From a virus, in the IMG/VR virus record IMGVR_UViG_3300045988_056971: a stretch of DNA of 64,000 nucleotides; one strand, 5' to 3'. The position numbers and the translations under genes were made by a program. Position 1 is the stretch's first letter; the number at the start of each line of letters is the position of its first letter. Below, in pieces: positions 38,042 to 47,952 of this stretch. A model generated the notes under the pieces. The model made no database searches. It worked only from the letters and a program-made list of their open reading frames with translations, and was not told the origin of the DNA.

Positions 38042-38644
38042 TCAATTGTTTCCATACTTCAATTCGTTTCTTCTTTCAGTTAGCTTTTCGTTAACTACAG
38101 CCATAATTCTGTTCTCATTAACTACAACAAATCCAAACTTGTAGAACGGAACCATGCACTCGCTAGCTATTGTATAGAATACTATATCTCCAGGTTTTAG
38201 GAACTCACACTTGTACCCAACCTCAATAACAGTACCCACTTTAATAAATTGTTGTTCTTCTTCTATTTCTCCTGTTTCATTAGATTTATATGTTGGAGCA
38301 AATCCACCTAAGTCTGTAATTAATCCACTCTTAGTAGTTTTAATTTTTTGAAACGGATTTTGTTCGAAAGGTTTAATTAATGCATACCCATACATGGGCA
38401 TAATTTCTACACCATTCATATCCTCAGATAATGATTTGGCGTAAGATTCTAAAGCTGCATTATGTTTAGAGAATTTATCTTCTAGTTCATCTACTGCTGT
38501 ATTGAATCTTTCCTGTTTTTCTCTTAATAAAGTTTTATCTGCAGCTTCTCCATTTACTATAAGGTGCTGTCCTGTACCTTCCATACCAGTTATAGCTAGT
38601 GCTAGTTTCTCATTACTGTTCAATTCTGTTCTTAAAGTTTCCAT
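38042..38644 (-). CDS. hypothetical protein with GroES-like (Hsp10-fold) C-terminal region; no TAG
   Basis: Intact 200-aa ORF. …GLITDLGG…GEIEEEQQFIKVGTVIEVG…KPGDIVFY resembles the co-chaperonin fold. Confidence 0.4.
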   Translation of the reverse strand: METLRTELNSNEKLALAITGMEGTGQHLIVNGEAADKTLLREKQERFNTAVDELEDKFSKHNAALESYAKSLSEDMNGVEIMPMYGYALIKPFEQNPFQKIKTTKSGLITDLGGFAPTYKSNETGEIEEEQQFIKVGTVIEVGYKCEFLKPGDIVFYTIASECMVPFYKFGFVVVNENRIMAVVNEKLTERRNELKYGNN

Positions 38645-38652
38645 AATTCATT

Positions 38653-38991
38653 TTACCATTTACATAAATCACAATGTTCATCTTCTATTCTAGTTTTGTT
38701 CTCTAGTATACAACCACATTCCTCACATACTTCTCCAAATGAAGTCTGTAATTTATGAGGACAAGTATTACAAATATTTAATCTCGTGGTTGCTAAATCT
38801 TGATTAATTCCAAATATATGGAAATATATACTCTTCAATATTACTAAAGGTTTAGTAAATATTGCTTTAATCCATTTCTTTGGCATCTTTTCAGTAGGTT
38901 CTTGAGTCATAAGTATATAAGCCTTAGTAGGGTTAGCCATTACTGGAGTCCCATATAGTAATAAATTATTTACCATTTCTTCGCAGGACAA
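38653..38991 (-). CDS. zinc-ribbon protein (112 aa)
   Basis: Intact ORF with CxxC…CxxC pairs. Confidence 0.45.
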   Translation of the reverse strand: MSCEEMVNNLLLYGTPVMANPTKAYILMTQEPTEKMPKKWIKAIFTKPLVILKSIYFHIFGINQDLATTRLNICNTCPHKLQTSFGEVCEECGCILENKTRIEDEHCDLCKW

Positions 38992-39185
38992 TGCTTCTTC
39001 TCATTAGGTATCTTTAATTCCAGTAGACATCCACATCCTTTTATATACCCTTCTTTTGGACCAATACTTATGTCATTGTTTTCTGGATTTAAATACAACT
39101 GTCCATTACATATTGCATCTTCTTGATTACATATTGGACAGCGTCTACATATTTTCCATCTTTCTTCTATTTCCTCTAGTGTCAT
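38970..39185 (-). CDS. zinc-ribbon protein (71 aa)
   Basis: Intact ORF with CRRCPIC…CGC…HC. Confidence 0.45.
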   Translation of the reverse strand: MTLEEIEERWKICRRCPICNQEDAICNGQLYLNPENNDISIGPKEGYIKGCGCLLELKIPNEKKHCPAKKW

Positions 39186-39187
39186 AA

Positions 39188-40102
39188 TTAATATTCAATA
39201 CGTTGACGTTTCTTTTTATTTTCTGCCAATATAGATTCTTTCTTGTAAAAAGAAAGCATTCTTATTACTTCATCTTTTAAATATGGTAAGTGATATACTG
39301 TCATGTTATCACTGTGGTCGAAGTGTACTAAAACTAAGTCTTCAATTTCAAATTCTGGGTTTTTCTTCTGAATCATCCAGGCGTAAGTACTTAGCTGAAG
39401 GGCATAATGCCAATAATTAACATCATCTAAATTATTTAGAGGATACTTCATCTTAACTGATGTCTTAGTTTTAGAATTAAAGAAACTCTTTGTTTCTATT
39501 TTTTTATTAGTCTTCCAGTCACCAATAATTATCTTATTACCTCTTTTAACTAATAAGTCAATTTGTCCAGCTATTCTTAGTTTTCCGTCCTCAGATACTC
39601 TAGAGATTAGATACTCAGGATATACCCCATTCTCCAAATCTAGATTGTTATAGTCTTTTATACACTCAAACTTGCCACCTATTTGATATTTACTTAGGTC
39701 TATATCCTTCTTCTTTTTGTAAAAAGAGTTTTCCAAATCTGCATGGATTCTAGTTCCTCTCTCGCAAGAGTTTCTGTTCTCCATATCCCATGCATCTAAG
39801 ATAGCTTGTTGTTCTTTATTAAACTCGTCTTCTGTAATGTTATGAAGTTCAAGTAGAACTTTGTCAAATTTCTTAGTATTCAGCAGAGATTTTTTCTCGA
39901 TAGCCCAATCTTCTTTAGGTAAGAGTTTCTCTAGTGCTTTATATGCTGACCAGAACTCTTTATCAAAGGGTTGGGTGAAAGAATGAATTAAAGTCGTTAC
40001 AGATATAAATTTCTGTTCTGGCTTTGTAACATCATAATAAATATGAGCTTCCTCTTCGAAAGCTATGTTCCCATTTTGTTTTGTAATTTTACTTTTGTCC
40101 AT
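39188..40102 (-). CDS. PD-(D/E)xK family nuclease (RecB/Cas4/YqaJ-like exonuclease), 304 aa
   Basis: Intact ORF. GQIDLLVKRGNKIIIGDWKTNKK matches the D…(D/E)xK motif. Confidence 0.5.
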   Translation of the reverse strand: MDKSKITKQNGNIAFEEEAHIYYDVTKPEQKFISVTTLIHSFTQPFDKEFWSAYKALEKLLPKEDWAIEKKSLLNTKKFDKVLLELHNITEDEFNKEQQAILDAWDMENRNSCERGTRIHADLENSFYKKKKDIDLSKYQIGGKFECIKDYNNLDLENGVYPEYLISRVSEDGKLRIAGQIDLLVKRGNKIIIGDWKTNKKIETKSFFNSKTKTSVKMKYPLNNLDDVNYWHYALQLSTYAWMIQKKNPEFEIEDLVLVHFDHSDNMTVYHLPYLKDEVIRMLSFYKKESILAENKKKRQRIEY

Positions 40103-40216
40103 TAGTCATAATTCATTTAATCATTTATCACATTTATCTATATTTATTTGATACTTTTCAAGTATATTAATATTCTTTGTAAGATACAAATCAATAAATA
40201 ATACATTATATTAAAA

Positions 40217-40558
40217 ATGTCTAATATGACAAAAATGGTAACATTTGGATGTCCAATTTTTAAAAACGGGTCAGGCATTCATATTAAAGAGAAAAACAAA
40301 GGTAAATTTACTGCCTCTGCTAAGGCTGCAGGATAGTCTGTACAGGAACATGCTAAATCTGTACTAAACAATCCTAATGCTACTCCTCTTCAGAAGAAGC
40401 GTGCTAACTTTGCTAGAAACGCGGCTAAATGGAAACACGAAGATGGAGCTAAGATACATAAACCAAGTGGACATAGATCTATTCTAGATAATGGATGGAT
40501 TCCTACTACTAGATTAAAGAAAGGAAATTATGGATTAATTAAAACAAGAAAGCAATGA
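40217..40558 (+). CDS. conserved-looking hypothetical protein (113 aa) with one in-frame TAG
   Basis: ATG 40217; …FTASAKAAG(TAG)SVQEHAKSVLNNPNATPLQKKRANFARNAAKW… is a coherent read-through to TGA 40556-40558. Confidence 0.45.
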
Positions 40559-40624
40559 ACGCTGTAGTTAAATTAATTAAAGAATTTATACTTAAGATAT
40601 ATCTTTATTTACTATTTATATTTA

Positions 40625-40825
40625 ATAAGTAATATGGACTATAATAGAGCAACTCTTTATGCGGCTACTGGTCGTACTTTATTACTCCCTGGCTGGAAAG
40701 GGTATTTTTATTGGGACTATACTAAGAATGAATTAAATTTTAGAAATGGAGACTATCATTTAGATAACAAATAGCTCAAGGAGAAAGGAGTTATGGAACG
40801 TAATGATTGGTATTATATAATATGA
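40625..40825 (+). CDS. small hypothetical protein (66 aa), one in-frame TAG
   Basis: MDYNRATLYAATGRTLLLPGWKGYFYWDYTKNELNFRNGDYHLDNK(Q)LKEKGVMERNDWYYII. Confidence 0.4.
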
Positions 40826-41214
40826 TAATTAAAAATAATATTATACCGTTTGGAGGTTATAAGGTAATTAATCTGTTTGGATTAATATTTACTAAGTCGG
40901 ATTTGACTGATGAGGATAAGAATCACGAGAATATCCATTCAGTATAGATTTTAGAATGTGCAATAGCGTTTGCAATACTTATATCTATATTATTTGGATT
41001 AGAATGGGTATGGTTAGCTATTCCATCTTTCTATATCTGGTATGGATTAGAGTATTTAATTATACGACTATTAAGACTTAAAGATTCTCAAAATGATTGC
41101 TACAGAGATGTAAGCTTTGAAGAAGAAGCTTATATGAATGAAGACAATTTACAGTATCTAGAAGGATAGAGAAAGATGTTTTCATGGATAAAATATCTAA
41201 AAGTTAATGCATAA
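40822..41214 (+). CDS. hypothetical membrane protein (130 aa) with HENIH motif, 2 in-frame TAG
   Basis: The ATGA overlap with the previous gene and the hydrophobic segments are consistent only with read-through. Confidence 0.4.
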
Positions 41215-41216
41215 CA

Positions 41217-41262
41217 AAATAGGCGAACTTAGACAATTAAGTCTAGGCTCGCCTATTTTTAT
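41217..41262. terminator. bidirectional rho-independent terminator between convergent genes
   Basis: A 10-bp perfect stem (aaataggcga / tcgcctattt) is followed by tttttattt. Confidence 0.55.
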
Positions 41263-41462
41263 TTACTATTATACGTACAAGTGATTCTGTTTGGCTCTTC
41301 CCACCAAGGTTTATCTGAAAGTGGAGTTCTGATGCTATTGGGCCAATTTATAATTGGAGTAGTTTCCTCTACTATAGCCTCCATTATTTTAAATAATGTA
41401 TCCAAGTCTAGCTCTGGAAGCAGCTCATGAATATTAGTTATTGTTTTCTTATAATTTATCAT
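41259..41462 (-). CDS. hypothetical protein (67 aa)
   Basis: Intact ORF. Confidence 0.4.
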   Translation of the reverse strand: MINYKKTITNIHELLPELDLDTLFKIMEAIVEETTPIINWPNSIRTPLSDKPWWEEPNRITCTYNSK

Positions 41463-41671
41463 ATCCTTTAAAAGTGTTGTTAATAATTACGTAGTATCTA
41501 CTGATATATCAGTACGATACACTTAGCTTATTTAAGTTGTCTAGATAATCTAAGAACCATTGTTCGTTTTGTTTTCCTTCTTCTACAATAGTATTAATTA
41601 AAGATTCTGTAGCTAATAGTGTTATTTCTGCTAGTTCCTCTAATTCCGATTTAGTAAGTTCGTTATATTTT

Positions 41672-41986
41672 TCAATCAAGTTTAACATAATCCATCCAGT
41701 CTTTTATATATGATTTACATTCTTCCAAATCTGGATAGATACTTGTTATAGAGCATCCAGTTTTCGGATTTTTAAAGTGGTGCATCTTAGCCTCTTCTTT
41801 TTTCTCCTCTTCTGTATTTCTATTTAATGTTCTATTCCAATAGTTGTACTTTTCATCTAACATTTCCATATCACATTCCTCTAATATTTTCATATTAGGG
41901 TTATTCATTATCTTGTCGTATTTTCTCTTTAAATTAGAGACTTTGACAACATCATTTCCATTTAATACAACTGCACACTGTTTCAT
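41672..41986 (-). CDS. hypothetical protein (104 aa)
   Basis: Intact ORF. Confidence 0.45.
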   Translation of the reverse strand: MKQCAVVLNGNDVVKVSNLKRKYDKIMNNPNMKILEECDMEMLDEKYNYWNRTLNRNTEEEKKEEAKMHHFKNPKTGCSITSIYPDLEECKSYIKDWMDYVKLD

Positions 41987-42210
41987 TTCAATACCTTATA
42001 AGTACATATCTTGCCTATCTGTTTTCCTTGAATTGTTATTTGCGGAAGAAAATAGCAGGCTTGATTCTCAAATTCTTGAGGTACAAAGATATAATCAAAC
42101 TTACTTCCAACTACCTTCTCACAAACTTTATTCCAATCGTCTCCCTCTTCTATAATAAGAGTTTTAGCTCCTGTTGGAGTTACTACATAATTCTCATTTA
42201 ATTTTATCAT
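41983..42210 (-). CDS. hypothetical protein (75 aa; track ORF trimmed to ATG 42210 to avoid the tRNA)
   Basis: The N-terminal 25 codons of ORF 41983-42285 overlap the tRNA gene. An internal ATG lies at 42210-42208. Confidence 0.4.
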   Translation of the reverse strand: MIKLNENYVVTPTGAKTLIIEEGDDWNKVCEKVVGSKFDYIFVPQEFENQACYFLPQITIQGKQIGKICTYKVLK

Positions 42211-42227
42211 AACTATTAATTTTGGCG

Positions 42228-42299
42228 TTGCCCTACTAGGATTCGAACCCAGACTAAATGATTTAGAGTCATCTGTGCTGACCATTACACCATAGGGCA
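42228..42299 (-). tRNA. amber suppressor tRNA, anticodon CUA (reads UAG); body resembles tRNA-Gln
   Basis: Hand-folded cloverleaf: acceptor tgcccta/tagggca, anticodon stem gatga/tcatt, loop ctCTAaa, T-arm ctgggTTCGAATcctag. The D-arm tggtgtaatggtcagcac is nearly identical to the tRNA-Gln(TTG) D-arm at 55397-55468 (tggtgtaatggtagtcac). Confidence 0.8.
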
Positions 42300-42839
42300 G
42301 TAACTTATTTCTCTTTTAGAGATTTATTTTCTGCTGCCAATTTCTCTAGTTCTTTTCTTAATTGTTCATTTTCGTGAAATAAAGCCTGCATAGTAGCGTT
42401 GATATTAGCTAATAGTATTCTCATTTGAGCAACCTATTCATACATAAGCTTTCAGTTGTTCAATTCTCTTTTTAGCTATATCTGACAATGCCATTTTGAA
42501 TTTAGCAATACCAGCTCTTACTGTTTCTAACTTGCCGCTTTCTAAGCATTCTTGTATTTTATGAACTTCAAGCTCTCCTAGATATTCGCATACATCTATA
42601 AATAAATCATCATCTAGAGATTCTAAATATTTCTGGAATTGGTCTACCTCTTCATTAGCTAGACAGCTTTCTTCCTTCTATCTTTCATAAGATATTAATA
42701 AGAACAAAGAATCGTCGGTAGATTCGGACTTAATAGTTAGCCCATTACCAGACATATAATATTCTTGATTCGTATTAATTGCCTCAACTAGCTATTTAAA
42801 CTAGTCCTAATTTAACAATGTTTCTAAGTCTGTAATCAT

Positions 42840-43157
42840 AATTGTTTTCTTTTTAGTTATATACAACAATAACCTCCGAAAAGTTAAACGCAAAGTTAAA
42901 AAATTCTAATTCAAATATTATACATATTTTATATATTAAGGGGAAAGCCGGTACAGGTACTTTATATAAATAGCCCCCTGGGGTTATTATAAATTCCGAC
43001 TTTTATATTTGGAGGGCAATTACCTAGATTCCAAAAATTCATAGAGTGAGTGTAGTGGCGGTCCACAACCCCTTTAGTCCCCCCCTGTATATTGATATAA
43101 AACTAAAACAAAAACAAAAATCAATTTCCAGTATTAACATTTTAAAATTTCAAGATT
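42840..43157. promoter_or_regulatory. divergent strand-switch/regulatory region between late (minus) and early (plus) arms
   Basis: No ORFs. Unusual C/G tracts (agccccctggggtt; ccacaacccctttagtccccccctg) sit in an AT-rich background. TAtaTTTGg resembles the Bacteroidetes -7 promoter motif (TAnnTTTG). Confidence 0.35.
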
Positions 43158-43604
43158 ATGACACTCGAAGAATTGAAAGACCAGAACGTAAGCGCAGTAG
43201 AAAGAGCTAAGGCAGTAGTATCAGCATTGGGACTGAAAGGTGATGAACGCTCAGTTGTTGTCGGCTTGTCAAAGGGCGATAAGTTTAAGTTGGTAGCAAT
43301 GAACAAGGTAGATTTGCCTGCAAATGCCAACCAACCAAACCAAAGCAACTTTACACCAATCACATTTAGCACTGACACAGGTGCAACCATTGGTGCAAAA
43401 CACTTTGCGGGCGTAGAAATCGACGACGATGCTCCGGCAATCGGTTCAACTCCGTTGGAAAATGCCGCTTTCCTTGTTTATTGCATTGACCACAATGTAA
43501 CATTTAAGGTAGACAAAAAGGTAACGGAAGACATCGAAGCTACCACTGACCGCCAAGCCTACAAGAAAAATACTTACAAGCTGGTAGTGGAAGACTATGA
43601 TTAA
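43158..43604 (+). CDS. hypothetical protein (148 aa), first gene of plus-strand early block; locally higher GC
   Basis: Clean standard-code ORF with a TAA stop. Confidence 0.55.
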   Translation: MTLEELKDQNVSAVERAKAVVSALGLKGDERSVVVGLSKGDKFKLVAMNKVDLPANANQPNQSNFTPITFSTDTGATIGAKHFAGVEIDDDAPAIGSTPLENAAFLVYCIDHNVTFKVDKKVTEDIEATTDRQAYKKNTYKLVVEDYD

Positions 43605-43655
43605 AAGATTGGGGAGAAATCCCCTTTCTTTTACATACAAATAATCTTTGTAGAA

Positions 43656-43850
43656 ATGGACATAAGAAAAAAGTTTAAGACTATAAAGTGTTTGTATAAT
43701 TGGGGCATAATCTATGACCCAAAGACTAATGAAAAGTTAAATTTCAAATCCAAACGTGTTTATTGCGTAACTTCTTGGGCTTGGATTATGACCTATCAAA
43801 AGTCAGAAGAAGATATTCCTGAGATAATTAGGATAGTCTTTGTAGATTAA
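43656..43850 (+). CDS. small hypothetical protein (64 aa)
   Basis: Intact ORF. Confidence 0.35.
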   Translation: MDIRKKFKTIKCLYNWGIIYDPKTNEKLNFKSKRVYCVTSWAWIMTYQKSEEDIPEIIRIVFVD

Positions 43851-44584
43851 CTCTAAGGTACTATGAGTTTTAAATAAAGTGCCCACATGAACCCCATCAT
43901 CGGAACGTTGGTTAACGGGGAAAACAACATCACAACAAATCAAATCAAAGTTTTTGTTTAGTTTTAGGATTATATCTGGCAGCTTGGAAAGACAAGCAAA
44001 ATCTTTATACCTATCTGCTAATAGGTTTAGTGTTCAACGCGAAAATTCGGTAAAGGAAGGAGAGAAATTGTCCACTAAAAAGACCCTCAATTTCCGGACT
44101 TTTTCCGATTTTCAAAAAATCCGCCAGAGTAGGAGTTATATAGCTCACACTCTCTATGGACATTATTTAGTATTTAGCCTATAAAAAGGCAACAAAAAGC
44201 GAGGCTACGCAGAAGAGCCTAACACCAAAAATAACTGCTACAAATTCTATGTGCATATTCGCAAACTTGAGCACTATAGGATTTAGGTTGAGCTGTAAGG
44301 ATTGGTCACTTATAGCAATATTATGAGTACTGCTGATATGTCAGTGACCGTACATATCACATATAAAATATGTTATACAATTATGTTAGAAGTTGCCAGG
44401 TCTAAGAAGCCTGATTAAAATCTCTAGATAGTAAGAGAGAACCTCATAAGGGTTCATTTTCCATCTCGAACCTATTCGCAAGTTTATAGACTAGCTATCT
44501 ATAAATTTAGTGAACGTTGATAACGTCCTCAGCATGGAAAACTGAGAAATAATCTCCTATCTTATTCTAGATATAGATAGGATT

Positions 44585-44651
44585 TCCCTACTGGTATAAT
44601 GGATTGCGTCTCCCGCTGGAGAAGATTCTGGTTCAAGTCCAGAGTAGGGAA
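44585..44651 (+). pseudogene. tRNA-like element (acceptor and T-arm intact, anticodon loop only 4 nt): degenerate tRNA or att-like remnant
   Basis: tccctac…tctggTTCAAGTccaga gtaggga a pairs as acceptor plus T-arm. The anticodon stem tctcc/ggaga encloses only cgct. Confidence 0.3.
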
Positions 44652-44907
44652 CTACTAAGTTGCAGTATTCATATTATTGTCGGACCATAATGGGTATGCC
44701 CTGAGACTATGCAGTTGTTGTGAAATAACTCAAAGTATTGTGGCACAGGAAGGTCTAGTCGTCACTTTGCTTATTTTATTAATTTTCATTTTGACTAAAA
44801 GGCACAGCGGTGCCTCTACTCCTAAGATAAGAACAACCTTTACGTGGTTTAGGAGATAAGTAAGCTATTCAAGCTGAAACTAATAGTTCTAGTAATAATT
44901 AATAAAA

Positions 44908-45243
44908 ATGTTTATCATGGAAATTATCAAGATTAAAGAACAGTCTATCAATGCAGAAGAATCTAAGCTCTATAAGAAAATGTTAGATTCTCTAGGAGTA
45001 ATCTACGAGACAGAGAAAATTAAGAAGGAGCAAATAGATGTTCCTATCTACGTTCTATTTGAAGAGCTAGATGTTAGGGCAAATAATGCTTTAAGGTCTG
45101 TTACTAATGACGTAACCATAACTCTAAGTACTTTCGTTAAACAGTATTCAAAGAGAGATATACTAAGAGTTAGAAATGTAGGAAAGCATACATTGACTCT
45201 AGTAGTAGAAGCTTTTAGAAAATTTGGATACGAATTAAACTGA
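44908..45243 (+). CDS. hypothetical protein (111 aa)
   Basis: Intact ORF with a TGA stop. Confidence 0.5.
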   Translation: MFIMEIIKIKEQSINAEESKLYKKMLDSLGVIYETEKIKKEQIDVPIYVLFEELDVRANNALRSVTNDVTITLSTFVKQYSKRDILRVRNVGKHTLTLVVEAFRKFGYELN

Positions 45244-45317
45244 GAATTGGAAGTCCTTCGCCCTTTGCTGGCTTAGAAGTAAAACAGCACTTTTAATAAT
45301 TTAATAGATAGTAATTT

Positions 45318-45935
45318 ATGATTGTAGATACGATGACAGGTAAAGATATTGTCAGGGAATTTAACCGCGATATAGACTCAATAGATAAAATTGCAGAAAG
45401 AATGGCCGTAAAGAAAAGGCGAATACTGTTGAAAATGAAAAATCAAATGACTTTTCCACACTTTGGAGAAATAACTCAGATGAAAGTTGGAAATAACAGA
45501 TATTATTTAGTATGGAAATGTCTAAGTAGAAATAGTTTAAATTATACGGTATTTACTAAATGTGGCAAAAGAATATATGCTTATTCTACTGATACTACAG
45601 TACTGGAGTTTACACGTCATTTTTTAGATAGGTATAACGAGAGGTTTAAAATTGTAGGACTAGATAATATACTAAGGAATATCTGCAAAGATTTTTGCTT
45701 AGGAAAAATATTTGATTCTACAGTTGTCACAGATACAGGACTATTTATAATGACTGAAACAGACTACGGATTCAGTGCAGTTACATGCATGAACGATTTA
45801 TCGAGGAAAAACAATTTAGAAAGATTAGAAAAAATAAGAAAAGGTCTCTCTATATTAGACCCTAAAAGTAAAGATGAAGAAATAATGCAATTGTATAAAT
45901 TGGGTTTATATGAAGATCCTCTGATGAGTCTTTGA
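45318..45935 (+). CDS. hypothetical protein (205 aa)
   Basis: Intact ORF. Confidence 0.5.
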   Translation: MIVDTMTGKDIVREFNRDIDSIDKIAERMAVKKRRILLKMKNQMTFPHFGEITQMKVGNNRYYLVWKCLSRNSLNYTVFTKCGKRIYAYSTDTTVLEFTRHFLDRYNERFKIVGLDNILRNICKDFCLGKIFDSTVVTDTGLFIMTETDYGFSAVTCMNDLSRKNNLERLEKIRKGLSILDPKSKDEEIMQLYKLGLYEDPLMSL

Positions 45936-45989
45936 AAATTAAGACGAAACTACCTAGAAATAGGTAGTCAGGATTAAAAGAAAAAGAAA

Positions 45990-46175
45990 ATGAGAAAATT
46001 CAACAGATTACACTGCGATTCAACTGTTCGCGCAAGATTTACAGATTCATGGGGAAGAGTGATAACTCTCACTGGAACCCACGCCTTCGAGTATACCATT
46101 CACATAGAAGGCATCAGAACAGTTACAGAAACATTTGTGAATGGAAAATTAGCAAGAAAAGATTTAACGAATTAA
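45990..46175 (+). CDS. small hypothetical protein (61 aa)
   Basis: Intact ORF. Confidence 0.4.
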   Translation: MRKFNRLHCDSTVRARFTDSWGRVITLTGTHAFEYTIHIEGIRTVTETFVNGKLARKDLTN

Positions 46176-46185
46176 AAAGAAAACC

Positions 46186-46419
46186 ATGAGAAAAAGATTC
46201 AAAGCTGCGAGAATAGCATCTTCAGACAACTACGAATTGTCTAGAAGAATACATTCTCAGTATTTAAAGAGATGGCACAATGCTAACATCGAGGTAATCA
46301 CTGAAATTACCACATCATTAGTAATCAAAGAACAAAAATACATAAGAGTATTTGGAGAATTAATTCCGATTTCGGAAGAGGAATTGAGAATCCATAACAC
46401 TCTGATAGTTGAGAACTAA
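46186..46419 (+). CDS. small hypothetical protein (77 aa)
   Basis: Intact ORF. Confidence 0.4.
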   Translation: MRKRFKAARIASSDNYELSRRIHSQYLKRWHNANIEVITEITTSLVIKEQKYIRVFGELIPISEEELRIHNTLIVEN

Positions 46420-46660
46420 TATGGAAGATTTATTAGCAATTGTTAGATGGGGCATTACTTTACCCGTTTGGTTATTAGAACATATACTGAAAGGTTTAAC
46501 TTTCATTGTTCTAGTATTTGGACTTGTCGTTATGGCGATTTTATTCCCGCTATTTCGGTCTATCTGGCGTAAGACAGGACAGTCTGCGATTTTTAAGTAT
46601 GCAACAAAATGGAGAGGAAACTATCCACTAACAAAAAAAGTATTTAGTTTATGGCAATAA
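46409..46660 (+). CDS. small membrane protein (83 aa)
   Basis: Intact ORF with a hydrophobic core. Confidence 0.4.
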   Translation: MRTNMEDLLAIVRWGITLPVWLLEHILKGLTFIVLVFGLVVMAILFPLFRSIWRKTGQSAIFKYATKWRGNYPLTKKVFSLWQ

Positions 46661-46937
46661 TGAGAAGAATCACCGAAATAAACGGTGAGATAATTATGGT
46701 GGAAACTATGATTATTGTAGGAGAGATAGTATTGATTACAGTACAAATAAACGGAGAACTAGTTCGCTATGAAATATTATCTGTTAGACAGTTATGGGAA
46801 GGTCGTTAGGGCCTTCTCAAGCTGGTCTGAGGCTAACAAATTTCGTATAACTAGAAATAGACCAGATTGGAGGATTGTATGACATACATCGTTGTATTTA
46901 TAATATTAATCATCATGTGGAAAATGATTGAAGACGA

Positions 46938-47792
46938 ATGAAAACAGTATTAACCCATACAGGAAAAATCTATGTCGATACAGAACATAGACTAGAGTTC
47001 TTAACTGTAGGAGACTATGGTAAGGAGAACAACATCAAGGCTGATTTCTTAGGTCTAACTAAGGAAATCAATGGAGTAGAGAATACAGCAGTAGACCTAA
47101 GCAAGAAATGGGTAGCAACTATTTCAACTCAGAAAGGCTGTCCTATGCATTGTAAATTCTGTGATGTTCCCAAGTTTGGATTCTATGGAAATGCTTCTAT
47201 AGAAGATATGGATAGACAAATCCGAACTATTATAGAAGGCGAAAGTGTCAGAGAAACAGACAGGTTTAATGTGCACTTTGCTAGAATGGGAGAACCAACA
47301 TGGAATGACAATGTATTAGCATTTGGACTTGCTCTCAGAGGTGTGGTTAAGTCTGCAGGATTAACAGCTAAAACTGTTCATCCAGTAGTTTCCACGATGC
47401 TTCCGAAAGCAAACAATAAGCTTAGAAACTTCTTACAGGTTTGGTGTAGCATAAAAAATGAGTTCTACAATGGAGAAGCAGGCTTACAGTTTTCAATCAA
47501 TTCTACAGACGATGAACAGAGAAACGAGCTGTTTGACTCTAAGAGTTTGTCACTAGCACAAATTTCTCGGTTGGCTGACGAGTTACCAATGCCAGTAGGC
47601 AGAAAGTATACTCTAAATTTTCCAGTAACCTCACAAACTATTCTCGATGCGAAGGAATTGTCAAAGCTATTTGATAGGGAGAAATTTATTGTTAAAATCA
47701 CTCCTATACATGAAACAGCTTCTGCTATAGAGAATGGTTTCCAGGTAACTGGATACTCTGATTATGACGTCGCTTTGAACAACCTTTACTAA
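46938..47792 (+). CDS. radical SAM enzyme, RlmN/Cfr-like Cx3Cx2C cluster (284 aa)
   Basis: ISTQKGCPMHCKFCDVPKFGF resembles the RlmN/Cfr SSQVGCALECKFCST motif. Intact ORF. Confidence 0.55.
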   Translation: MKTVLTHTGKIYVDTEHRLEFLTVGDYGKENNIKADFLGLTKEINGVENTAVDLSKKWVATISTQKGCPMHCKFCDVPKFGFYGNASIEDMDRQIRTIIEGESVRETDRFNVHFARMGEPTWNDNVLAFGLALRGVVKSAGLTAKTVHPVVSTMLPKANNKLRNFLQVWCSIKNEFYNGEAGLQFSINSTDDEQRNELFDSKSLSLAQISRLADELPMPVGRKYTLNFPVTSQTILDAKELSKLFDREKFIVKITPIHETASAIENGFQVTGYSDYDVALNNLY

Positions 47793-47952
47793 AAGAAGGT
47801 TGGGATGTTATAGTGTTTGTTCCATCTAAGGAGGAAGATTCTGACCGAATTACTTGTGGGAACGCACTAATCTCTGAAGAGAAGATTTAACAATTCTTAA
47901 CTAAGAGAAATCTAGATTATACTATATAATAGTAGGCAAACTCTTAGTTATC

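Noticed and set aside
1-42840. Fragmented minus-strand ORFs interpreted as pseudogenes, sequencing errors or frameshifts
   Set aside because: Every break is TAG, and fragments stay in frame over kilobases. Read-through restores complete RT, GIY-YIG and terminase motif sets, and a CUA-anticodon tRNA is encoded. Random decay would give mixed stop types and frameshifts.
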